DNA of 64,000 bases from a virus (IMGVR_UViG_3300014205_005221:122051-186050); one strand, 5' to 3'. Shown: positions 48,002 through 55,235, counted from the stretch's first letter. Made by a program: numbers and translations. The notes: generated from the letters alone by a model not told the origin.

Positions 48002-48074
48002 TGGATGCGGCAGGGGTCGAACCTGCGGCCTTCCCGGCTTCAACGGGACGCTCAACCAACTGAGCTTCACATCC
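48002..48074 (-). tRNA. tRNA-Phe(GAA)
   Basis: Manual cloverleaf, loop TTGAAGC. Confidence 0.9.
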
Positions 48075-48075
48075 G

Positions 48076-48151
48076 TAGCAGTGGTCGGATTTGAACCGAC
48101 GATCTCGGCGTTATGAGCGCCGCGAGGACGACCGAACTCCTCTACACTGCG
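48076..48151 (-). tRNA. tRNA-Met(CAT), 1:72 mismatch
   Basis: Loop CTCATAA. Confidence 0.85.
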
Positions 48152-48241
48152 ATGCAGGTACCGCCACCGTCCAGGCCCACAAGGTGGTCCATGGTCGAGG
48201 CTGAGCGGTACCGCGTTGCAAGACCAAGTCTCTGGTCTCCG

Positions 48242-48315
48242 TGGCGGTGGCAGGATTCGAACCTGCGTCCTCAGGATTATGAGCCCTGCGAGCTACCGAG
48301 CTGCTCCACACCGCT
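48242..48315 (-). tRNA. tRNA-fMet-like (CAT)
   Basis: A1:C72 mismatch, GGG in the anticodon stem. Confidence 0.85.
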
Positions 48316-48317
48316 AG

Positions 48318-48392
48318 CGATCCTGAAGGGATTTGAACCCTCGACCTTCTCCGTGACAGGGAGACGAGCACTCCAAGCTGCTCCACAGGACC
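48318..48392 (-). tRNA. tRNA-Asp(GTC)
   Basis: Loop CTGTCAC. Confidence 0.9.
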
Positions 48393-48482
48393 AAGATTTT
48401 TAAGTTGTAGGGTTAACGGAATCGAACCGCGTACACAGCTGCCTCGTGTGAGGGCCGTGCAATATCTCACCAGAGACCCACG

Positions 48483-48557
48483 TACCCCCAGTCGGGCTCG
48501 AACCGACGATCTCCGGACTGAAAAACCGGCGAGCTTTGCCGACAGCTCCATAGGGGC
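48483..48557 (-). tRNA. tRNA-Glu(TTC)
   Basis: Loop TTTTCAG; U-U at the stem base. Confidence 0.75.
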
Positions 48558-48606
48558 TTGCTGAGTTAGTTATACCCAGTCACTAAACGTTCCGCAACCG
48601 AATTTG

Positions 48607-48689
48607 AGACATCGGAGGGATTCGAACCCTAGCGGTAGCCCGCTGTCAGTTTTGCAGACTGACCCCACCTGCCCGGTAGAACCGATGCC
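48607..48689 (-). tRNA. tRNA-Cys(GCA), non-canonical (8/4 fold, long variable arm)
   Basis: Loop CTGCAAA, U73, variable arm AGCGG-GCTA-CCGCT. Confidence 0.75.
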
Positions 48690-48792
48690 ATAGGCCAGTA
48701 CGTCACCCACGCTTCCCCGCAGGGGATGGTTTTCGGCAGCAAACAGACCTGGCCACAGCCTGTCCCGAGACCCCATCTAGAAGACGTACTCG

Positions 48793-48876
48793 CGGAAAGC
48801 TACGGAATTGAACCGTCAGGCTTTCACCTGTATACCACGCTTCCAACGTGGTTGCCTCACCGTCGGCAAGCCTTCC
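48793..48876 (-). tRNA. tRNA-Ser(GGA)
   Basis: Loop TTGGAAG, variable arm. Confidence 0.85.
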
Positions 48877-48896
48877 ATAAGTATTTAATTGTTAAG

Positions 48897-48979
48897 CGGA
48901 GGGAGGTGGAGTCGAACCACCAGGCTGTAACCTGTGTAATGGGTTTCAAAGCCATATGCTGCCCGGCAGCACACCCTCC
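48897..48979 (-). tRNA. tRNA-Ser(TGA)
   Basis: Loop TTTGAAA, variable arm, atypical D arm. Confidence 0.75.
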
Positions 48980-49036
48980 AAAAGTGTTCCCGTCTGACCT
49001 TCCCAGACTGCATCCCGTACGCAGATGGAGGAACCG

Positions 49037-49120
49037 CGGAAAGCTACAGAGTCGAACTGTCAGGCTTTCACCTGTATATCGCATTTCGAATGCGATTGCC
49101 TCACCGTCGGCAAGCCTTCC
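49037..49120 (-). tRNA. tRNA-Ser(CGA)
   Basis: Loop TTCGAAA, near copy of Ser(GGA). Confidence 0.85.
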
Positions 49121-49129
49121 ATGTACTAT

Positions 49130-49468
49130 TTAATTAGTGTTGCATCCTTGCTTCAAACTGTCAAGTCGACCCTGAGCGGCACGTGCAGCATCCGCACGAA
49201 CGATAGCCGCCTCGTACTCACGATACCGCTGCTGGACCACGATCTCCGCTGACGCATCCGCAAACCGCGCCCGGACTAACTCCCGGAGGGCAGAACGCTC
49301 TTCCTCATTCGCCGTAGAACGAGAAATAATGGTCTGCAGCAAAGCGGATTGGCAACGCGTAGCTTCTGCTGTTTGACGAGACTGTACAAAAAAAGCTACA
49401 GCGGTAAGAATTGTCAGAACAACAATTGCAATGCCCAGAATACGCCCACTTACAACAGACCAGGACAC
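49130..49468 (-). CDS. Single-TM membrane protein inside the tRNA cluster
   Basis: TM helix plus CQ motif resembling 29416..29865; CGAAGAC upstream at 49499. Confidence 0.7.
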   Translation of the reverse strand: MSWSVVSGRILGIAIVVLTILTAVAFFVQSRQTAEATRCQSALLQTIISRSTANEEERSALRELVRARFADASAEIVVQQRYREYEAAIVRADAARAAQGRLDSLKQGCNTN

Positions 49469-49532
49469 AACCGACGCCTCTCTTTAGACCTCGGTGCGGT
49501 CTTCGGACAGGCGTTGTATTTAGTTGTCAGAG

Positions 49533-49621
49533 CAGAAGCGGTGGGATTCGAACCCACGGAACATCCAACGATGCCCACTTCCTTAGCAGGGAAGCCCCTT
49601 AAACCGCTCAGGCACGCTTCT
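49533..49621 (-). tRNA. tRNA-Ser(GCT)
   Basis: Loop CTGCTAA, long variable arm. Confidence 0.9.
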
Positions 49622-49721
49622 AGGTGACGCAGGGATACAGGAGAAGCGACTCTCCCAAACGCTCAGATCGGCGAGCCTAGGAGACCTCACCAAACGCCCG
49701 GAGCCACCCGGCCCTGCATCG

Positions 49722-49805
49722 TGGGAGATGAGGGATTCGAACCCCCGAAGTGCAAGGACTCCTGATTTACAGTCAGGTGCAGATTACCGCATCTACAAAT
49801 CTCCC
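49722..49805 (-). tRNA. tRNA-Tyr(GTA)
   Basis: Loop CTGTAAA. Confidence 0.85.
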
Positions 49806-49940
49806 ATGTGGTGATGGGGATGTTCTACCCACCGGCAGCAAAACATCCCCACCAACCGAAGCCCTGGAACAACGTGCGCGACATCAGAACGCGACGCGGT
49901 CCTCTCGACTCCACCTGGACGCACTCTCGTGTGTCACAAG

Positions 49941-50231
49941 TTAGCGTGGAGTATGGGAAGACTCAAGCACGAGGAACAGTCTTCGGCTCAGACCCGGAGC
50001 CCGGCGAATTTCCACCTCGGTGAGGTGACCGGTCAACCACGCCCAGAACAGCATGAACAGCACCGGAGCAACCCGACCGTGCCGTGCCTTCGGGTTGATG
50101 CCCAGATACAGCTGTAGAGCCCGTGTAAGCGTAGGAAACCGGCCTGTACGAAACGCGTAGACCTCCAGCGTTACGAACGAACCGAGCGTGACCGCCAGCC
50201 ACGCATCCCACACACGTGTGGAACTCTTCAT
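49941..50231 (-). CDS. Small membrane protein
   Basis: W.AW...F..LE..A....PTLT..L..YLG...WLTGHL; CGAAGTT-N6-ATG. Confidence 0.65.
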   Translation of the reverse strand: MKSSTRVWDAWLAVTLGSFVTLEVYAFRTGRFPTLTRALQLYLGINPKARHGRVAPVLFMLFWAWLTGHLTEVEIRRAPGLSRRLFLVLESSHTPR

Positions 50232-50250
50232 GTCCAGAACTTCGGACCTG

Positions 50251-50323
50251 TAGTGAAGGGTGGAGTCGAACCACCACCTTCTGCTTTATGAGAGCAGTGC
50301 TCTAACCATTGAGCTACTCCACC
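50251..50323 (-). tRNA. tRNA(CAT), elongator Met or Ile2
   Basis: Loop CTCATAA. Confidence 0.85.
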
Positions 50324-50409
50324 AGACGCCCCGTTGGTGTGATCCCGGACGGGACAAGCCGGGCCGCGCAGACAAACAGGTCGTCGTGGCCTATCTGTCT
50401 GCAACCACG

Positions 50410-50483
50410 TAGCGAAGGGGTGAATTGAACACCCGACCTCGGGTTTATGAGACCCGCACTCTCGCCATCTGAGCTACTCCGCT
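50410..50483 (-). tRNA. tRNA(CAT), elongator Met or Ile2
   Basis: Loop CTCATAA. Confidence 0.85.
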
Positions 50484-50574
50484 ATACGCCCCGTTTGTAA
50501 GCCCGGTGGGACATTCCCGGTCGCAGCTAGTCCTCGTCCGGGTTGCGTCGGCTGATAGAGAACCATCACTTACG

Positions 50575-50658
50575 TAACTCAGGTGGGGTTCGAACCCACA
50601 AGCCCCTGCGGGCACCGGATTTTAAGTCCAGCGCGTATGCCAGTTCCGCCACTGAGTC
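50575..50658 (-). tRNA. tRNA-Leu(TAA), bldA-equivalent
   Basis: Loop CTTAAAA, variable arm. Confidence 0.9.
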
Positions 50659-50667
50659 ATATGAAGT

Positions 50668-50744
50668 TGGGGTGACCGACGGGACTCGAACCCGCTTAAC
50701 CGTGGATCACAACCACGGGCCTCGACCACTTCGGCCTCAGTCAC
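50668..50744 (-). tRNA. tRNA-His(GTG)
   Basis: Loop TTGTGAT, C73, encoded CCA. Confidence 0.9.
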
Positions 50745-50746
50745 AG

Positions 50747-50817
50747 CTCCTCCACCTGGGGTCGAACCAAGATACACCGGTTAACAGCCGGGTGCTCTGC
50801 CATTGAGCTATGGAGGA
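50747..50817 (-). tRNA. tRNA-Asn(GTT)
   Basis: Loop CTGTTAA. Confidence 0.9.
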
Positions 50818-50841
50818 ATGTATGTATTTAGTTGTACCGCG

Positions 50842-50915
50842 CTCCCCCGGGAGGAATCGAACCTCCGCACACTGGAACCAAAATCCAGCTGCCATCGCCA
50901 ACGCAGCACAGGGGA
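50842..50915 (-). tRNA. tRNA-Gln(TTG)
   Basis: Loop TTTTGGT. Confidence 0.85.
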
Positions 50916-50930
50916 CCACTCTAACAAACG

Positions 50931-51005
50931 CTGCTCGCCTTGGATTCGAACCAAGAAAAACCCTGAGTCAGAGTCAGGTGGGTCTGCCAATTCCCCCAAC
51001 GAGCA
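50931..51005 (-). tRNA. tRNA-Gln(CTG)
   Basis: Loop CTCTGAC. Confidence 0.9.
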
Positions 51006-51126
51006 TTGATGTCGGACGCCTACCCCGACGATTGTAGATCGTAGTCTACGGCGAGAGTTTATGTCAAAGCCAGTTGAGCGGTTTCGTGCACCAATCGGCA
51101 GCTCTGCACGGCTTTGACTAACTCAG

Positions 51127-51198
51127 CAGGGATGGAGGGATTCGAACCCGTCACGTAGGAGTTTTGGAGACTCCCCGACCCAACCAACGCTCATCCCT
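51127..51198 (-). tRNA. tRNA-Trp(CCA), weak D arm
   Basis: Loop CTCCAAA. Confidence 0.75.
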
Positions 51199-51373
51199 AA
51201 AACCTGACTTCAGCAACCGGGATTTGAACCCGGACCTCCCGCGATGGGCGACTTAACCGCTGTCCTCTGCATCCCGTCAGGCGTGACTATCATACCCACT
51301 AGGTACCTTAGCAGGACTCGCCAGAAGCTGATCAAGTCTTCTGACCGCACCTGTCACCGGTGCGTAGTCACAG

Positions 51374-51445
51374 AGCCTCTTGAGAGAATCGAACTCTCGA
51401 CATCCATCTTACCAAGATGGCATTCTACCACTGAACTAAAGAGGC
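51374..51445 (-). tRNA. tRNA-Thr(GGT)
   Basis: Loop TTGGTAA. Confidence 0.9.
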
Positions 51446-51647
51446 AAACGTCAGGTGCTAGATGGTCGGTCACCTAGCTTTGACAGCGTTTCGGAACCGA
51501 CCCGCACGCTGCTTACACGGCCTGACACCGCAACATGGTGGACACGTTATACCCGCAGTTCCCGCTACGGATAGTCGCTTGGGGCAAGCCCGGGAAAACC
51601 GCCCAACCTACCGCGCTCCTTTAGGAAAGCGGAACGCGCGTGTCCAG

Positions 51648-51718
51648 AGCCTCAGACGGGAATTGAACCCGCGTCGTCAGCATGGCAAGCTGACATGTTA
51701 CCACTACACCACTGAGAC
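51648..51718 (-). tRNA. tRNA-Gly(GCC)
   Basis: Loop TTGCCAT. Confidence 0.9.
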
Positions 51719-51848
51719 AGTGTCTGGGTTAACGGACCAGACGTATCAACCCGTCGGCACAGGCTACCGGATGCATTTGCCGAAAGGGAGCATCAGCCCT
51801 ATAAAAGCCTGACCAGTCCCGGAGGACGATCAGGAGCAATGCCTTGCG

Positions 51849-51921
51849 AGCCCCGAGGGAGGATCGAACTCCCACCGTCTGATTGGAAGTCAGAAATGCA
51901 CAGCCAGTACACCACCGAGGC
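51849..51921 (-). tRNA. tRNA-Gly(TCC)
   Basis: Loop CTTCCAA. Confidence 0.85.
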
Positions 51922-52135
51922 ACATATCCCGGGGAGAACGCTTCATCAGCTTCTCTGAGGCCGAAACCTCTCCACCTCCACGTTCTACCCCGGGCTCGAT
52001 GCGGAAGACCCACATCTGCGTGCTTTCCAAGAGGAACAGCAGATCCCCTACACGCTACGAGCAAATGCCCCTCAAGGCGGACCGCTCAGCGCCCTCTTCC
52101 CACCACGGAAACTTTGCTGAGCTACTGCTGTTTCG

Positions 52136-52207
52136 AGCCACCACGAGGAATCGAACCTCGGACCAGTATATTACAAGTATACCGTTCTACCACTGAACTA
52201 TGATGGC
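52136..52207 (-). tRNA. tRNA-Thr(TGT)
   Basis: Loop CTTGTAA. Confidence 0.9.
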
Positions 52208-52300
52208 GTATGAAGTTGGATTGTCGGGCGGACATGGCTAGAAAACGAACTGATTCGACAAGTCACTTGGCTATCCGGAAGACCCGGAGTCGATACAACG

Positions 52301-52374
52301 TGTCCCTGGAGGGATTCGAACCCCCAACCCCCAGCTCCGGAAGCTGGCGCTCTATCCGATTGAGCTACAAAGAC
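52301..52374 (-). tRNA. tRNA-Arg(CCG)
   Basis: Loop TTCCGGA. Confidence 0.9.
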
Positions 52375-52503
52375 AAAATGCCGGGCACTAACCCTCGTGC
52401 CAGCTTCTCCCTGGGAACGAAACGACCTGCGGTTCGCGACGCGCCTACACAGTCATACCCAATCAGAGATGCCGCCGGAGATGGGGTTCTCCAGTACCGG
52501 CCG

Positions 52504-52576
52504 TGGAAGCTGCGGGTCTCGAACCCGCCACCTCTGCCCTGCCAGAGCAGCGCTCTACCTACTGAGCTAAGCCCCC
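52504..52576 (-). tRNA. tRNA-Ala(GGC)
   Basis: Loop CTGGCAG, G3:U70. Confidence 0.9.
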
Positions 52577-52662
52577 AGATTGGCGGAAGTGAACGCTTTT
52601 CAGCCAGACCCACGGGGATGTTAGAGGTCTGACTCTCATACCCGCGTCGTTCATCTTCCTAG

Positions 52663-52734
52663 TGGACCCTGTCGGATTCGAACCGACATCTAACTGCTTG
52701 CAAAGCAGTCGCTCTCCCATTAAGCTAAGAGCCC
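52663..52734 (-). tRNA. tRNA-Ala(TGC)
   Basis: Loop TTTGCAA, G3:U70. Confidence 0.9.
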
Positions 52735-52787
52735 ATGTGATTGAGTTGTCAAGTCTACCTGTCACCTAGACCTTTGCCTTGCAGACG

Positions 52788-52860
52788 TAGAAGCGGTGGG
52801 ACTCGAACCCACGATTACCTGGGTGTAGGCCAGGCGCCTTAGCCGCTAGACGACGCTTCT
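52788..52860 (-). tRNA. tRNA-Val(TAC)
   Basis: Loop CCTACAC (C33). Confidence 0.8.
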
Positions 52861-52991
52861 ATTCGCCCGGCTACCGGGCCCTCCACGAGTGGTTAGTCCG
52901 AGGTCAGGCCCAGCTCCGGGCAGGTGACCCGCTTCGACCAATCTGCGCACCCCACCATAGGGCCGCCTCGATCAGCCTGCGCTGCTACCAG

Positions 52992-53067
52992 TATCGCGTA
53001 CGGGATTCGAACCCGTGACCTACAGATTGAGAATCTGTCATCCTAGACCAGACTAGACCAACGCGAC
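52992..53067 (-). tRNA. tRNA-Glu(CTC)
   Basis: Loop TTCTCAA. Confidence 0.9.
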
Positions 53068-53084
53068 TTGTTCCAACACAGAGA

Positions 53085-53113
53085 ACCTTACACCAGCAAG
53101 TCCAGCTTGTCAA
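53085..53113 (-). promoter_or_regulatory. Sigma70/HrdB-type promoter of the tRNA cluster
   Basis: TTGACA-N17-TAAGGT. Confidence 0.8.
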
Positions 53114-53154
53114 GCAACTTACCGGATTCAGTTTTTCCCTGTGCTGAGACTGTT

Positions 53155-53505
53155 CTACCCGACCAAGCCCAACTCCGCCAGCGACTTACCCGGCTTGCCC
53201 CACGAAAGATTACTCAGCCGCACGTTCGTGTAGTCACCGTCAGCATACTGAGGAACCTGTCCGTTGCCCACGAACGCCGTCAGAACAGCGCTGGGGATCG
53301 AGACGTACCTGTTTGCGCTACCGCCCCGCGTCAGAGACCGCACCGACCAACCAAGATGGTGCCCGATATACGGGAGGTTGCGCTCCGACGGCTTGACGAA
53401 CTTCTTCTTCAGCGTGTCGTAGAGACGGCCGCGAGTCGAGATGAGATACGAGGGATCGGTAGGAAGCTCGATCCACTCTTCATCCTTGGGGAACAGCTTG
53501 CTCAT
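53155..53505 (-). CDS. NUMOD4/HNH-like protein with degenerate active site
   Basis: EW..LP...YLISTRGR (NUMOD4); AFVG...DGD.TN..LSNL.W lacks the catalytic His. Confidence 0.65.
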   Translation of the reverse strand: MSKLFPKDEEWIELPTDPSYLISTRGRLYDTLKKKFVKPSERNLPYIGHHLGWSVRSLTRGGSANRYVSIPSAVLTAFVGNGQVPQYADGDYTNVRLSNLSWGKPGKSLAELGLVG

Positions 53506-54442
53506 GCCACACTCCTACCCGCAGAACTCTTCTTACGGTGGGGCGGGGGTGTCGAACCCCGATCCGACACCCCCGCCGGGGAAACCACCGGCACTACAGC
53601 ACCCAGCTACCGGAGGCGAGTTCTGATCAACTAACGACAGCCGATCAGAACAAGCAACGGACAAGCTGGCGTGACCCGCGCCACAGAAACTAAGAGACCC
53701 GTAACAGATCACGAATCGTAGGCTCGTCTGCTGCCTGGACAGACGGGACAGCAACTCGCATCGGCGCGAGCACGGTCTTGCGCTTGGCGTCTTCGAGGAT
53801 CAGCATCTCGCGCTGCTCACTCCACGTGCGCCACGTCTTGAGCGGGTACATCACCTGGAACCGGACAAAATCGCACTGTTCGCAGATTCCGTCGCCCAGC
53901 AGTCCGTCCCCCACCGTCCGCAACAAGCGGGTGGTCCCGCACATCGCACACGGACCGGGAACCAAAGATCTATCCATACAAATCGCCTCGTTCGGCGCAG
54001 TCATCGTGCACGACTTCGCCTCTCTCGTCGGGATGTGTCTTGATACGGCAGACCATCTCACCGGGGGAGATCGAGCTTTCACACACATCACAACGACCTT
54101 TGAACTCCGCAGGAAACGGGGACGAGACAACTACGTCCTCAACCAACGGATCCCGGCCGGTCACCTGCCCCAGGCACAGGGCGCACCACGCCGGGTTCAT
54201 TTCGTGACGGCAGTACTCCACGATGGGGAGCTTCGTCTGTAACCGGATACGGGGCCGGTGAAACCGTTACCGAAACACGAAAACGTAAAGACCGATCTGC
54301 TTCGCGCAGCACCTCAACATCGAGAAACCCGTCCTCGACAGAGCCGTTCACAATCACGACCCGAGCCTGATGGCCATCATCGTCGGGATCGGTGTACCCG
54401 GGCAGCCACACTTCCAGCACGTTCAGCGCATGCTCGGCTACC

Positions 54443-54763
54443 TCATGTTGCGGTGCGATCGTCACGCACAGGTCGTACCCGAGCACTCGGTGCAGCGAAG
54501 TCAATAACCATCCGCTGAGCGCGTACAGCTCGCCGATCAGCGACGGAAGCCCTCCACGATGCCAAAGCAAAGCCGAAGGCCACCGCAAACGGCACCGACG
54601 TCAGCAACGCAAAGATGACCCACTCCGACTCTCGGATGGGCGATGTCGCCATCACAGCGACCATGAACAACGCAAACGCAAGCCCGCCGAACGACATCAT
54701 CACCCGGAACCACACATCGATAACATCCAGACGTGTTGCGCGCGGTCGGGCAGGCTTGATCAC
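54443..54763 (-). CDS. Two-TM membrane protein
   Basis: Hydrophobic helices. Confidence 0.55.
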   Translation of the reverse strand: MIKPARPRATRLDVIDVWFRVMMSFGGLAFALFMVAVMATSPIRESEWVIFALLTSVPFAVAFGFALASWRASVADRRAVRAQRMVIDFAAPSARVRPVRDDRTAT

Positions 54764-54764
54764 G

Positions 54765-55235
54765 TCACGATCCCCCTAACACGCGACAGAACAGCGTCCT
54801 GCACGGAGGCTCTGTCGGCGGAAGCTGCGTGGGAGCACTCGCAGCAGGAGCGGACGTTTCCACAGCTGCCGGAGGCGGCGCAAGGGGGGTCTGAGCAGGG
54901 GGAACAGGCGGTAACGTCACCGTGACCGTACGAGGTGGACGCACCTTGATCAGGGTCTTCACCGAACGCTTTGACGGCATCGCAGACTGCGACGAACCAT
55001 CTTCGGTCGGCGCTTCCACTTCGACCACCGGAGGCGTCTGAGTCACCTCCACAGGCGCCAAGCGCGGAAAACTGCCCTCACCGGACGACTGGGAAGTTGC
55101 TGCTGACGAATTTCGAGGCTGAGTCTTAGTTACCAAAGCAAAAACTGACAAAATAATTAGAATTGCACCCAAAATAACCAAAAAACGCATGTTGTTGCGA
55201 GGCTTAGGCAACTCGCTCAACACATGCCTGCCCAT
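54765..55235 (-). CDS. Membrane-anchored Pro/Thr-rich protein
   Basis: TM helix and P/T-rich tail. Confidence 0.6.
   Translation of the reverse strand: MGRHVLSELPKPRNNMRFLVILGAILIILSVFALVTKTQPRNSSAATSQSSGEGSFPRLAPVEVTQTPPVVEVEAPTEDGSSQSAMPSKRSVKTLIKVRPPRTVTVTLPPVPPAQTPLAPPPAAVETSAPAASAPTQLPPTEPPCRTLFCRVLGGS

Noticed and set aside
51928-51994. Hammerhead ribozyme (CTGATGA present)
   Set aside because: No GAAA and stem arrangement completing the core
52861-52900. HDV-like/theta ribozyme (GGCGAAT after a hairpin)
   Set aside because: Could not build P1, P2 and P3 with a valid L3 by hand
48111-53634. ORF-track proteins overlapping tRNA genes
   Set aside because: They overlap well-formed tRNAs; only 49130..49468, 49941..50231 and 53155..53505 look genuine
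53535-53690. tmRNA
   Set aside because: A T-arm-like 3' end is present, but there is no matching 5' acceptor strand, tag ORF or sufficient length
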